Assembly (NCBI GenBank): GCA_002269645.1
Contig: NIVC01000568.1
Location: 124,001-188,000, forward strand
DNA length: 64,000 nucleotides
DNA from: Macrostomum lignano
Lineage: Eukaryota
Direction of reading: 5' to 3'
Position numbers and translations under genes: made by a program
The notes under the pieces: generated by a model
Seen by the model: the letters and a program-made list of their open reading frames with translations, nothing else
Database searches by the model: none
Told to the model about the DNA's origin: nothing
Shown: positions 38,501 through 52,859 of the stretch, in pieces
Position numbering within the stretch: position 1 is the stretch's first letter
Layout of the letters: each line of letters opens with the position of its first letter

Positions 38501-40261
38501 TCAGTGTCTCCCTCAGTGTCTCACTCAGTGTCTCCCTCAGTGTCTTCCTCAGTGTCTTCCTCAGTGTCTCCCTCAGTGTCTCACTCAGCGTCTCCCTCAG
38601 TGTCTCCCTCAGTGTCTCCCTCAGTGTCTCCCTCAGTGTCTCCCTCAGTGTCTCCCTTAGTGTCTCCCTCAGTGTCTCCCTCAGTGTCTCCCTCAGTGTC
38701 TCCCTCAGCGTCTCCCTCAGTGTCTCCCTCAGTGTCTCCCTCAGTGTCTCCCTCAGTGTCTCCCTTAGTGTCTCCTTAATTTACAGCTAAAGTGGCCCGT
38801 GATTGCAGTTGCTACCCGATTGCTTACATCAATTGCGAGGTTCTCCAGGGCGCGACCGTAATCGCCTTTAGCGGAGAACAGCAGGCCTAGATTTCTGTGC
38901 AGCTGCGACTTGATGGCGTTGGACGGGTTGTCAGTTTTCAGCACAGTCCACTGAGCCTGGGACAGGTACTCCTCAGCCTGGCTGAGCCGCTGCAGACCGA
39001 TGCTGGCCTCACCAAGGATCAGGTAAGACGGCACCAGCTCCACGCTGCTGCTGCCGTGCACATCGATGGCGAACTTCAACGATTGCAGAGCGGCTGGGAC
39101 GGCCTCCTCGAAGTGATTCTCGAACAGCAACTTCTGACCGGTGGTGCGGGTGATGACGATCATGCGCAACTGTTGCTGGATCAGCTCCTCGCGCTTCTCC
39201 CGCCTGTCCTTCTCCGAGGTCAGGAAGGGCACCGGCTTGCGCAGCACCGCTAACTCGTCGCAAATCTTGGCGTGGATGCCGATCCAGTCCGCGCGCTGGT
39301 GCTCGGGGCCGCTGAGAACGGGGAGGAAAAGGGATATGACTAAGTATCCATGGCGTTTGTTTCGGGCTCAAAAGTAGTTGTGAGATTTGCGGAATCATAA
39401 GCATGTTCGTTTAGCATTTCTATCGGATTTTACAAAGCCTTGCAAAAAATTTAAGTGCTAGTAGAAAACTAGTGAAAAGAGTAAACATTCTTTAAGAAAC
39501 CAAACTTTTAAATTAGCAAATGCAAGTTTTTATATGAGTTTGAATAAAGAGTAGAGTAAACATTCAGGCATTTTTAATAAATTTATTCAAAAGAAAGTTA
39601 ATAAATTTACATCTAGGTTTGCATTTAGATTTACTTTTTATTTAACACTGCAAGGTGTCAAAAGATATATATTTATATATCTATAATATCTATATTTATA
39701 TATAATATCTATATCTGATAGATATAGATATTATAGATATATAATATTTTAAGAGATTATATATGCTACACTACTAATATGGAATTTGTCTCGGCTAAGA
39801 AATGTTTCTGCTTTAAAAAATGTATGAAAAATTAAATTAAATTATATGACTATCAACTTTGAAAATAATTATTTACTTAAGTTTGAGTTTCTATGATTTA
39901 GAGGAATATTTTACACTAAAGTTGACTGGAAAGATGTGCGCATACATTTAGAATTATTACAAAGTTAGAAGCATGGCCTATCAAATATCGGAAGTAGCCC
40001 CCCCCCCCTATGTTGAGTGCATGAACACAGTCTCAAATGAAAAACTTAGATATAATTAATGCTTCCATAAATTACATGAACAGAAACCAAGCCTTAGCCT
40101 TCACAAAGACAAAACCAGAAACCTTACCAGTAGTATGTGACCCGACACTTCGAGCATTGAATGAAAGCAGGCTTTTGACAAAGCTCGCACAATAAGTCAG
40201 TGCCTTTAGCATTTGCCAAAGGATACAAAGGAGAAATATTTGCTGGAATCGTGTCAGCCAT
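35583..40261 (-). CDS. ZMYND12: Zinc finger MYND domain-containing protein 12 ortholog, 6 exons, 392 aa
   Basis: Exons 40261-40128 (YPLANAKG..CELCQKPAFIQCSKCRVTYYC), 39311-38828, 38226-38104, 37807-37684, 36491-36307 and 35711-35583 are all GT-AG and in phase. Motifs AVPAALQSL, SSVELVPSYL, AEEYLSQAQWTVLK, LHRNLGLL, GTEDIRVSGGYF and DEAQQAEA match recalled ZMYND12. Confidence 0.95.
35825..36306. repeat. Two minisatellites in ZMYND12 intron 5: 21-bp (ATGGCACCCATCTCAGTCATA) and 22-bp (CCCCATACCCTGATAAGTGGCA)
   Basis: At 35825-36090 and 36120-36306; the second starts exactly at the splice donor. Confidence 0.95.
37215..37480. repeat. 33-bp minisatellite in ZMYND12 intron 4
   Basis: GCAGTTCCCGTGGATAGACAAGGAAGAGAGGAT, about 8 copies. 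Confidence 0.95.
38266..38777. repeat. 12-bp minisatellite (TCTCCCTCAGTG) in ZMYND12 intron 2
   Basis: Direct inspection. Confidence 0.97.
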
Positions 40262-43200
40262 GAGTTAAGCTAAAATAGAGCCCTGGTAAACGTACATTTA
40301 CAAAATTCTAATCAGACTTTCGTTCGAAATATTACACAAGCTATCTCATAGCAACATACACAGTATAACAAAGCGAACCTTTAGCCTTGTAGTAGTCCCG
40401 CAGTGTAATTATTTTGGTCTTAAACTGTGCCTTTAACTATAATTCTTTTGAGCTGAGCATGCAGCACCTACTCGTAGCTTGCATAAAATGGGTTTAAGTG
40501 CGAAATACCTAACTATACATCTGTGCAACATACCGTACTTATACAAAATTACAAAATACTGATTTACGTAGATGAGGTGTCGTGGACGTAAGGTTTTCAC
40601 ATTATTTATTCCTATTGAGATGCCAGAAACCATTTTTAAGTTTAAGCGCAAAATTAACTTAATTATAACCAGCGGACATCATCATATCATCAGCAGAGAA
40701 GATATTGGCTTGCATTTCGAAGCAAGATTTTTTATAAAACATTTTTTTAATGAAACATTTTTTTAAAAAAATATTTTTTTAAATTACTCCATTTTTTTAA
40801 ACCTGAACAGATGAGTATACCCGAATTTCAATTCATCGTCACCGCATTTACAGTATCTAATGTAAAAATATGCTTAAGTTTAGTATATAACTAGAGCGTT
40901 ATGGACATACAAACAAATATTAGAGATTTAGTATATTTAGGTAGATGTAGGTACATGTATAGCTCTACATAGCTCTATATAGCTCTACATGTAGCTCGAT
41001 CTGTAGTCCGTTGGCTACGTCACTATTCCATTTTGAATCGGTTTACACGTACAGTGCACGTACATATGTATATACGTACGTCCCGCGCAAGAATCATTAG
41101 CTCTCGAACGCTGCAGTCTCGGTCAATCATCGCCGATCACTATATATACTGTAAATACAGTGACGATTTGTGAGAGAATCCTTAGGGGCTCACTGCAGTT
41201 GTCTCGTTGATCCTCTCGACTATAACTATGAGCGAGTTCGATCAGCAGCTTGCTCGACGAACGAACTGCTGGGTCTTGCGTGGCTTCTTTATTTAAACAA
41301 AGACTCTGGCAGTTGTGCATATGCATTAATTACGGAAACTATACTAATTTGTTAATGTAGATTTAACCAGGGGGTAGAAAATGGAGTTCTCGAGAATTTC
41401 TGGTTCCTTGATCTCTCATTAATTATGTTGTTGAATTTATGTATTAATGCAGTGAGCATCCTTGACAGATTCAGATTGACACACAATATAGTGCATTATG
41501 CATTTTGACCACACAGACAAAAGTATCTGATGTTCTTCCAGTCTTTAGCAAAAGAAAATATGGCGCGCGAGCAATTTTTTTGAAATCGAAACTAAAGTAA
41601 CGAAAAACGTTTCAAGATTTTCAGTATTAAAATTGTAGTAAAGTAATTATAACACTACAAAACAGAAAGCAGCAGTTAGGAAATTAAACAAAATTTATCT
41701 AAAACATTATTGCTTGCTATCCGTAGATTGTAAAAAAGTTGTTATAGTTTTAATTCTGGGAGTGCCACTTGCACTCACTCTTTCCTGGAAAATTGAGTGA
41801 CAAAAGTCCTGCCTGCACGTCACCGAATCTCAACTTTTATGAGTTCCTAATTTTTTATAATAGTGCCTTTGCGGCAATAGGAATATAAGCTCTGACTAAA
41901 CCCACTGCATTGCCGGTGCCCGAATATGTGGTTGTGCGTGTCTTATTTCTTTTGGCGCTAACCAGAATCTACAAATTGCACATGAATAGATTTATTGTTA
42001 GGCCCCTACTCTACTCCTAGTCCTAGATTTTATCACTTGTGATTGCTTTGTTTTTATTCAAAATGAATTAAATTGGAACTTTGAGCAGTCTTTTATGTTT
42101 GTAAGAAAATTACCAATTATTGTAAAAGTTACTAGGCATACTGGCATAGTATAATTATTTAGTATAGGCCTAGGTAGATTGTATATTTTAAAAAGGAGCA
42201 AGTACACATTTATGTATGTCACACTTTATGTGTGAACTAAGAAAATTTTTTAGTATAGACTGTGCACCAAGTGTGGCGCGCTGTGTGCACTATGTGCCCG
42301 AGAAAATTCCTCTGTGTATGCCACAATTTTGCATGAAATCTACCACCTTGATTGTGGCAATGTTAAAACTTTTTACTAAATTTAAACAATTTATAAAAGA
42401 AAATATTTTCTTTTGTTGTAGGCCCATACTATAGCCAATTTATTTTTATCTATTATAGACATTGCTATATGGAAACTCCAATAAGATTTTGAGTTATTTT
42501 GTTGTTTTTTATTTTATTTGATAAATCTTACACCCTTGCTAAGGTAAAAAGACTCATTAAATGAAAATTTATTGGTAAAAAAATATTTGTTTCTCAAATT
42601 ATCAACTTTTTATATTTTTGTCTATTAGTATTTAGTGTAATCAACATTCTTGCTGAAAGTACTAATTCTAAACTTTTTCATATTTATAAAAATTAGAGTT
42701 TGCTAGTATTTTATTGTATTTTATTAGGTATATTCTATAATTTTCTAAGTTGATAATATAGTTTACTGAAGTATCTTTGTTTAAATTAATAACTATAGCT
42801 ATGGGAATCTACAGAATATGACAGCAAATACCATATTTCCATAGTCGTAGCCATAAGAGCAGCTAGCTACTATAGGCATATCCGTAGTTACCTATTTTAC
42901 TATATTTGCCATAGGATCCCATAGCCGTAGCTATGGCTATGGCAGAACACTATTATAAACTCTACCTTTTAAGCCTAAAATATCAAAGAGGACTATAAAA
43001 TATTATAATTTATATATGTTAGAAAGTTGGATATGCTATACTCAGTTTTTATATAGCTCATTTATTGAGTATTAAAGAAAAGGAAACTATAAACAACTGA
43101 AGTCTATATAAAATATCCCCCTTTCTAAAAGAAATTTCATTTGTACACTTATGTGATATGTTTTTTTTATTAGATTTTATAGAATCTAATAGAGAATTGT

Positions 43201-45353
43201 ATATTGTATCTAATGTTCATGTGTTTAAGCTAGGAGGTTAAATTATTCTATTGTGTTTATATCTTTAATGAGGCAATTAAATTGTTGAATATTCAGATAT
43301 GGTCTAAAGTCTATAGAGGCCTAGTCTATTTTGCTTGATTATAAATATGCAATTTTATTATATAGACTAAATTCAAAACTTGTAATTATTCAAACTTTGT
43401 ATGATCTATCTAAGTCAATGAGATTGGGTTTCATATTTTTGCAGGGATCCATTTTCTTCAGTCTTCTTATATCTACACTTGATCTCCTTTAAATGGTTAT
43501 AGGTTATGTGCAATGTAATTGTTGTAGAATGCCTATTTACTATTATTCTTTATCAAAATCTATATTCATCTTTTGTCCAAACTTGTCTTTGTTTTAGTTG
43601 TTCAATGAGCAGTGGCAGTTGATATCTTCTTTTTAGTTCATTTAAATTTGCCCCCCCTTTATGAATATTGGTAAGTCATGGGACTTGGACTATCTTCCAA
43701 ATGAAACTCTAGATCCGCCACTGGTTAGGACTAATTAAATTTAATTAAATAAAAAGATAAAATTGTTCCTATTGAAACATTGTTACCTAACCATTGAAAC
43801 TGAAAACTGGCTTAGCTGAATACAAAAGTTTTGGCTAGAAAGGCATAGTACATATCAAATGAATCTAGTCTAGTTTTTTAAGTGAATTGAAAATATATAT
43901 TTTTAACTAGCTCCCACTCCCAATGGTGAGCTAAATGTTTAAAGTAGTTTTTGGGCCTACTATAAATAGCCTCTAATAAGCTAAATTGCCATCATTCAAA
44001 ATTCTATAGCCTTGATCATTTCATGCAGTTTAGGATCATAGCAACCTTTTTAGATAAGCAGATGTTTATTGATGGCAAAGTTTTTTGTTACTAATGTTCT
44101 TTGACTCTTGTGTATAGGTGTCATTTGGCCTTTCCCATTTAGGAAATGCTCTTTCACTAGAACAATTAAATTTGTAGACCATACTTGTATCATAATTTGG
44201 GGGGGGGTATTTTTGTACAACAGAGGGTAAATTTCAAAATAGACCTAGTGTATGACACACATGCATAGCACCTAGCCAAGCTAGCCAATCCAGCCAGCTG
44301 GCAAGGGACCTAACCAAGGTGAGTCATATAAATGTTTACCCAATAAAATATAGATATAGTGCTAATTAGATGATGTGGCATTTAGTTTTAATAATACACT
44401 TAAAGTTATTTATGCCATTTACCTAAAATAACATAACCTTTTGCCTAGGTTTCTTTCATAGGTAAGTTGAATTTTTAGTAAAAAAATAAGTTGCATAGCT
44501 AGTAGAAATCAGGGGGTTATGCATGCATAGTACAGCAGAGAGAGACACTATGACTGTTAAATAAACAAAAGCTACAAAGCACTCACTATATATGAGATAA
44601 AGTTAAGATATATATTTAAAAATATATTATTAATAGAATATATTATTTGATATACATGTTTTTGACAATAAGATTAATTAAATGTATTACATAGGCATAA
44701 GAAGTGATTTACCTAAGCCAAACATCTACTTTTACTAGAGACAATTTATTGATAGTATACTCATAATCTCTTGTAACCATAGCTGTTATTGCAGCAGAAC
44801 ATTATTATATAGTATTGGGCCTATAGTAGAGATCATGTTGAATTTTATATTAGACTGAAAAGCAACAAATTGTTATTTTATATCAATTTATACAAAATGT
44901 CTTATTTTGCTATATATTACACATATTATAAGTAGGAATTTTATACTAACTATATGTTAATTTACTATGATGCCTAGGACCAAATGATCATAATCTAATA
45001 CTAGGCCTAGCAAATTATTTAGCAATAAAAAATGTATAACTTATTTTAGCCATAAAATGTTTCAAAGAATTCAATCATAGAATAAGGCTAGGAAAATTTT
45101 ATAAATAGAGCCTATGTTAGTTTGCAATTTGTATCCCATTTTTAAAGGATAGAAATACCTAGGCTATTAAGATACTTATTGTATAGATCTAATGAATTGC
45201 TTAGAATTTATTTTTTGTCCATGCATGGCAACAAGTTTCTTGGCTTGTCCGTCTGCTAATGCACCAAAATACCTTGACAGACTACTATCAGTAGAAGCAG
45301 ACGAGTCCAAGCAACCACATACCGCAGTGTAATTATAATAAGGCATTGTCGCT

Positions 45354-48300
45354 ATGGAAGGCAACCGAGACGAAAGCCTCAAGTGCCTGGCCATTGCTCG
45401 GTCAGCCCTGTCGGCGGCCGACTTCGCTAAGGCGGCCAGATTTGCGGACAAAGCAGTCCGGCTCTATCCGTCTGATGAGGCGCAGAAGCTGGTACAGAAA
45501 ATTGCCGCCGACGCTGAACGGCATCGCCAACCGTCGGCTGCACCGTCTGGCGGCGCGGCGCCAACCTCCGCCTCGTCGACGTCGTCGAAATCGAGGACGT
45601 CTCCGGCCTCGGCGGCGTCCGGGCACCGCGTGGAGCGGAACTACACGGATGAGCAGGTTCGAGCCCGGAGGGGTGGTTGCTGCTCTCTTCCCCTCGTAGA
45701 GCCTATTGTCTTGTACAGCAGTACAGTCCTTAAAGTAAATCATTGTGTCGCAGCAACCTCGCGTGCATCCTTTGATTTATAATGCAATTCTTTCTGGCTT
45801 ATCTATTGTATAAGCAGGGACTTCTACGATATAAATTTACCATATAAAGAAGGGACTGGAAACTCGGCTTTAGCGGGGTTAAATGTGGCTGATTTAAGGT
45901 AAGACGAACACGTGTATATTTATCAGCTTAAAGAGAATATGTCAATAAATCTAACCAAAGTTGCATTAACAAACGAGGAAACAAAATAACAAGACGACAG
46001 GAACCCAAAAATCTGAGAACCAGAAAACAAGAGTACAGAAGAACCACAGAACATGAGAACAGGAAAGCAGAAAATACGTTACTGTAAAGCAAGCAACACG
46101 TGTCCTCATAATCCCGAGAATAACTGAGACATCAGCGGACTGCAGATACATCGAATTTCTTTTGGGAATCGAATGCTGATTTAAGTTAAGCCTGCCGTCA
46201 GTTATGGCGGGCTATGTGAGAGATTTGACGATTCAAATCTGTATGCGTCTACTTTTCTCAGTAGTCTAAATTGAATCTCTCACTGTTTTACTACTGTTTT
46301 TATTTTAAAAAAACATTGAGTTTGTCTCTATCTCAAACTCCTATCTGATCCACATTATTTATTTGCAAATAAAGTGCACCTTTTTCTATCCTGTCAGGTT
46401 GCCGAGGTGCGCAAAATCAGACAAGCCGCCAACTATTACGCTATCTTAGGCGTTGCTAAGGACGCCGGCGATGAGGATTTGAAACGGGCCTACAGGAAGC
46501 TGGCGCTTCGATTTCATCCGGACAAGAACAAGGCGCCCGGGGCTGCCGAGGCCTTCAAGGCAGGCTTTTTACTATTTAATGTTTTGGACACTACTTTTTT
46601 ATTAAAAGAGAAAGCCAGTCACGTGACACCTTTTTCAGTGCAGAAACAATGTACATTTGGTTATGTACGTTTTAGCAGTTTAACCCCACTCCAGCCAGGA
46701 CGCGAGCAATGGGGGGGGGGCAAAAAATAAATTGGGGTGGGAGGGGGCGCAGGACTTGCATAGAATGGCGCGAACGATTGGCAGATAAATGAGCCAGTAG
46801 AGAGTGGGGAGTGAGGAGAGATCATACTACTGAGTTGAAATTCGGAAGTAGCTTAAGATAGTATACTTGATTTAACAGTGAAAATAATTTCTCCTAAGGA
46901 GAAAGGGAAATCAAATCTAACAGAAATTGTTGATTTTTTACTATTAACCAGCCCACCATCCCACTCGTTACTTTCTACTTTTGTCAGTAGCCTATCTTGC
47001 ACATGACTGTTTGAAATTGAATTACCCCCCCCCCCCTGTCAGGCTATCGGCAACGCCTACAGCGTGCTGTCCGATTCGCAGAAGCGCAAACGCTACGACC
47101 TGTTCGGCCCGGAGAGTGCTCAACAAAGCTCTAGCGCCGCGGCCAGGCGTCGCGGTTTCCATAGCAACAGCGCTAGCAATGGCGGCTTCTATTACGAGTC
47201 GACATTCGAACCGGACGTGTCGGCCGAAGAGATTTTCAACATGTTTTTTGGCGGCGGCTTCCCCAGTAGGGAAGTCCGACGGCGGGCCAGACAGCAGCAA
47301 CGGCAGCAGCAACAGCAGCAGCAACAGCACTCGTTCGGTCACTATGGTTACCGGTACAGTAGTCAGGATTTCCAGCAGGGAGAGGCCAGCTGGACGGCCA
47401 ACTATTCGGTGTTGCTGCAGCTGGGTCCGATTCTGTTGCTAATTCTTATCTCTGTTGCCTCTACAGTGCTCCAGCGAGATCCTTGGTACAGCCTCACGCA
47501 GACCACGTGAGTTACAGTTGGCTATTGTTTTTGCTTTCATCCTGTTTACATTGGCCTTTTTAATTGTTAATTAGGCCTTGTGTGTAAGTGTATTGATTCT
47601 GCTTCAAGAATCGCCTATTTGGTGAGCAAGTATTCCATTAGGAATCGCCCTCTTGCATTAGTGAATCGCCCTCTTCCATTAGGGAATCGCCTTCTTCCAT
47701 TAGGGAATCGCCCTCTTCCATTAGGGAATCGCCCTCTTCCATTAAGGAATCGCCCTCTTCCATTAGGGAATCGCCCTCTTCCATTAGGGAATCGACCCCT
47801 TCCATTAGGGAATCGGCCCCTTCCATTAGGGAATCGGCCCCTTCCATTAGGGAATCGGCCCCTTCCATTAGGGAATCGGCCCCTTCCATTAGGGAATCGA
47901 CCCTTCCATTAGGGAATCGGCCCCTTCCATTAGGGAATTGGCCCCTTCCATTAGGGAATCGGCCCCTTCCATTGGGGAATTGGCCCCTTCCATTGGGGAA
48001 TCGGCCCCTTCCATTAGGGAATCGCCCACTTCCATTAGAGAATCGCCCCCTTCCATTAGGGAATCGCCCACGCGCCTCTAGCATTAAAAATTGGAAATAG
48101 TATTCTTCAGTCTGTCTGACAAAGAAGCTTCTACCGAATTCCTTCCTAATCCTGCAGAAAATTCAACCAGCAAAGAGCGACCAGCCAGTATTCTGTGCCG
48201 TATTTTGTTAAGCCAAACTTCGACTCCGATTTCACTGGCTCTCTGCAGCATTTGGAGACTGAGATTATACAGGACTATGCGCACAGGCTCAAGTCCAGGT

Positions 48301-49677
48301 GCTATCAGGAGAAGTCTTATAGTGAGTGAATCTTTTATTTGTATAACTATCCTAAGTATAACAGTGCCATACCCAAAGAGTATAACAGTGCGATACACAT
48401 AAAGTGTAACAGTGCGATACCCATAGAGTGTAACAGTGCGATACCCATAGAGTATAACAGTGCGATACCCATAAAGTGTAACAGTGCGATACCCATAGAG
48501 TGTAACAGTGCGATACCCATAGAGTATAACAGTGCGATACCTATAGAGTATAACAGTGTGATACCCATAGAGTGTAACAGTGCGATACCCATAGAGTGTA
48601 ACAGTGCGATACCCATAGAGTATAACAGTGCGATACCCATAGAGTATAACAGTGCGATACCCATAGAGTATAACAGTGCGATACCCAAAGAGTGTAACAG
48701 TGCGATACCCATAGAGTACAACAGTGCGATACCCATAGAGTACAACAGTGCGATACCCATAAAGTGTAACAGTGCGATACCCATAGAGTATAACAGTGCG
48801 ATACCTATAGAGTATAACAGTGCGATACCCATAAAGTGTAACAGTGCGCTACCCATAGAGTATAACAGTGCGATACCCATAGAGTATAACAGTGCGATAC
48901 CCATAGAGTATAACAGTGCGATACCCATAGAGTGTAACAGTGCGATACCCATAGAGTATAACAGTGCGATACCCATAGAGTGTATTCAGTGTAACAGTGC
49001 GCTACCCATAGAGTATAACAGTGCGATACCCATAGAGTGTAACAGTGCGATACCCATAGAGTGTAACAGTGCGATACCCATTGAGTATAACAGTGCGATA
49101 CCCATTGAGTGTAACAGTGCGATACCCATAGAGTGTAACAGTGCGTTATCCATAGAGTATAACAGTGCGTTATCCATAGAGGGTAACAGTGCGATACCTA
49201 TAGAGTGTAACAGTGCGATATCCATAGAGTGTAACAGTGCGATACCCATAGAGTATAACAGTGCGATACCTATAGAGTATAACAGTGCGATACCCATAGA
49301 GTATAACAGTGCGATACCCATAAAGTGTAACAGTGCGATACCCATAGAGTATAACAGTGCGATACCTATAGAGTATAACAGTGCGATACCCATAAAGTGT
49401 AACAGTGCGCTACCCATAGAGTATAACAGTGCGATACCCATAGAGTATAACAGTGCGCTACCCATAGAGTATAACAGTGCGATACCCATAGAGTGTAACA
49501 GTGCGATACTCATTAGTTTGTGGGTACACCGCAGCACTCCGCTCCAACCCCACCCTGCCAGAGATGTCAATGATGCACCGGGCGCAGTTCTACTCCGACA
49601 GTCGGGCCTATCAAAAGGCAACGGAATTGCAAACTCCAAGCTGTGAAACTTTCGAATCAGTGTTTGGCGGCGGCTAA
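45354..49677 (+). CDS. DNAJB12: DnaJ homolog subfamily B member 12/14 (ER-membrane J protein), 5 exons, 402 aa
   Basis: Exons 45354-45656, 46398-46559, 47043-47506, 48158-48321 and 49562-49677 are in phase. MEGNRDE N-terminus, J domain with HPD ([11 protein letters not shown]), G/F-rich [13 protein letters not shown], one TM segment and a DUF1977-like C-terminus (..RCYQEK..TPSC). Intron 2 has a GC donor. Confidence 0.95.
47635..48070. repeat. 21-bp minisatellite (GGGAATCGCCCTCTTCCATTA) in DNAJB intron 3
   Basis: Direct inspection. Confidence 0.97.
48350..49510. repeat. 24-bp minisatellite (AACAGTGCGATACCCATAGAGTAT) filling DNAJB intron 4
   Basis: About 48 copies; the 435-aa ORF here is a repeat artefact. 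Confidence 0.98.
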
Positions 49678-52589
49678 GCCCGCCGGGTTGTCATAGCAAC
49701 CAGGCTTTCCCTTTCTACGTAGCTATGGATAATTATTAATTGGTTTTCATACACTGAGCCTGGCGTTTGGACTAATCTGTACAGTACTTTTTTCTCAATC
49801 ACCACCATTGGTGTATCCGAATTTTAATTTGTTTAAAAGATTGTTTTTTTCCGTAAAGTATATATTTGTGTAAGTCTTATTGGCCTATAAATTTTTATCC
49901 AACAGAAAATTTCCCTTTTTGCTTTCCGTGAATTGGACTGAAAGTGTTGTTTTGGTTAAGTAAACATTTGCATTAACCTTTTTTGATACCTGTCTTGATG
50001 ATTGATCTTCAATTTGCCTAGAAAATAAATACAAACAGGTCGACAGCTTATCAAGGCTGTTTGGTTTGCGCACTGTGCAAGTTTAGTTATGCCTTTTATA
50101 CACACTGTTCCCCTGTCAGGTATTTTAGAATGCTGTTAGACTTTTGATGACTGATTGCTAATATTTACATTTATTTAGTTTGCACAGGCCTACGGATAGC
50201 TTGCTGATAAATCTAATAGCTAGTTTGTATGTCAATTCTTGTTTTTTCCAAAAAATTCTTGAGCCGATTATGAAAATTAAAAATACAAATAAATGTCTTT
50301 TAAAATACTACTGGCGTATTCAATATACCGGAGGGGAGGCCAGGTCTGCTCATCATGTGTTCTGATTTATAGCTTTTCAATATGCATACAAGATAAATAC
50401 TGCTTCTGTAGGGTAAAGTTGTGAGTTAAAGTGTTTATTTATTTGTGAAATTTGAGACTCTGGTTTTAAAAGTTAAGAATTCTTTTTTGACGAACTTGCA
50501 TCTCAATGTACATTGTATACATGAACAGTCGTTTCGATAACAATTTCATCAGCCAAAAATGGCAAGACCTAAATTTCGTCTTTGAAATAAAAAAAAAACA
50601 AAACTTGAATTCAATTAAGGCAGCCACTACTATGGCTCCAACTTTGGAGTTTTATACCTATATTTGTGCATTGTGCCACACTGAAATTTTTGCTTTTTGC
50701 ATCGGCCGAGTGACTACGAAAAGAGTTGTGTACAGGTACACACTCTTACTATGCGTTCATACGCGTACATGTATTTGACTGTTTTTACCCTGGCTGCCTC
50801 TCTGGTAGCTTGTCCTAAGGGTTGTGCGCAAGACGATTGGCCTGGCTTCGGCTAGCCCAATTTCTAAGGGTCCGCCCCGGAGGGGCTGTGCCCATTCTAA
50901 AAATAACCCCAACCATTCTTTTTTGTGCATTCCAATTATTTGGCCCTCGGCCTTGGTTTAGGGGGGTGTACCTGGAGTGAGTGTACTCTGGACTGCAGTG
51001 TGGCTAGTACCCGCCCTGCAGGAAAGAATGACCATTTCACGAAGGTGTACGGTAGAGCCCAGTTGATGCCAGCCCTGAGGCTGAGCCCCGGGAAGCAGGG
51101 TCCCTCCACCTGCTAGTAGGGTTCAGGTGCTCCTCCGTCCTGTTTTTATCCCCATTACTGTACTGGTTTTATTAATGTAAGGCCTTAGATTGTCGCTCCA
51201 ATTCTCCGGAGTTATGAGCTCTGCCCTCCTTGCCCGGTCCATCCTGCGCTGTCCTTGGTCCATCTGCTGGCTCCTCTGGTTGTCTCCCTGCCTAAGTGTC
51301 TCTGGCTCTCATCCTGACAGTGGACTGGTGTCCTGGGGAATGAGTTCGCCCGATTCGGGGATACCGGCTGAGTTCGGGTCCTCTTGCCCCTTGTGCCCCT
51401 TCCCGACCCCTTGGCCTGGCCTCCAATATTGAGCTGGATAGGCGATACCCTTGGGCTTGTAGCCGGTAGACGGTCTTCCTGCCTGGAGTCTCGCCCTCAG
51501 ATACAAGCCTTCCAGACTCGCTCCAATAATTAAGCCATTTTCGTAGACTTCGGGGTTTCCCCGCTCTCGGACCGCTTTTAGTAGTAACCCAAGCTTTTTT
51601 CGCTAATTCCAATTTTTTCTGCGCACTCCCAAGGACTTGTCTGCTGGATGGATGCCTGGGTGGACTCGGTCCTAGCACCATCCCTGATTCCCCTTTTTGG
51701 GTTGGCGGTGTCTTGTATCGTAGGTTTGGGCTAGTTGGGCTAGTAAAAGCACCAATTCACTAGGCTCTCACCAGAGTCCTGAGCTCTGGTCCCAATCTGT
51801 AGCCTCTCAGGCTATATGCCCCTGGCAGTATGGCCCTTTCAGATCCTTGCGGTAGAGCCCCCTTCCCTTTCGGACTGATCCACGGTAAGCCCCTGGCTTT
51901 CCATCCCCGTTTAACAACAAATCAATAAGTTTGCACATCAAAGTTGGGCTACCAAACCACAAACTAGAGTTAAAAGTCAATTGAATTGGGTAAATAATTT
52001 TAATCAATTTGACGAAAAACTCTTGGAATAATGAAAATGTGTTTCTTCGCAAAAATCCGTTAGTAGTACAAGACTGAAGCATAATATCAAAGCATATGTG
52101 ACGGACAAATGTATGAAGTTATAAACAACTTTTTATAAAGCATTACTAAGTAAGATCTAGATAATGACTTTATTAGCCTTAAAACCCTATTTAAAAAACC
52201 TAATTTATGATTATGTGGTGATATTTTGACGTCCATAACTTTAAATAAATGCACTTATCAATCAATCTTTTTTGATAAGTGCATAAGTGCTTAAACTTAG
52301 TCTATTAAAGCCAGGGCAGGTGGTACGGATCTAGAAAATTTTGAACGGAAGGGCGCAGATTACTTAGGTACATGTATATGTATATTATGTACATGTACAC
52401 GATAATGTGTATTTTCCATATATCTTTCCTAACAATTTCCCTGTTAATCCTACTCACTACCACTACTGAATTCCCCCAATATTGAACTTTGAACATCTCA
52501 CAAATTTTGGCGTTTCTTACAAACGTATGCGACTTTGGTTCCGCGCGGTAAAAACCGCATCAAATACCGCGTTGATATGTGTTGCACAT

Positions 52590-52765
52590 TTCAACGCGGA
52601 GTTTAATGCGGCATTTTCCGCGTAAAACTAATCGAAGCATTAACGTATTATATCTTCTAAACAAACTTAACTGTATCCTTTTTTACTCTCTTTAATAATC
52701 ATTTATATTCTAAAGCCTATTCAACGCGGAATTCAATGCGGGATTTCCCGCACTAAACCTAACTT
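52590..52765 (+). repeat. MITE-like dispersed repeat, copy A
   Basis: Its reverse complement closely matches 57130-57320; internal GCGG/CCGC palindromic subrepeats. Confidence 0.75.
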
Positions 52766-52859
52766 GTGCTGCAGTGTTCTTATCTGACTTCAGTTGAAAG
52801 CATTTTCTTCGTGTTACTTTGTACGAGTCGGTGTTTTGGAGGTAATTTATATTTTAATG

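Noticed and set aside
40262-40290. Acceptor-like TATTTTAG 8 nt upstream of the ZMYND12 ATG (possible SL trans-splice site)
   Set aside because: Cannot be told from a 5' UTR intron or chance without cDNA; the organism is only inferred.
41000-41345. Possible solo LTR (TGTAGT...ACTATA)
   Set aside because: The right end is not CA and there is no matching target-site duplication.
45176-45451. Minus-strand ORF overlapping the DNAJB12 start (divergent gene?)
   Set aside because: No recognisable motif or linked downstream exon; partly the antisense of a GC-rich exon.
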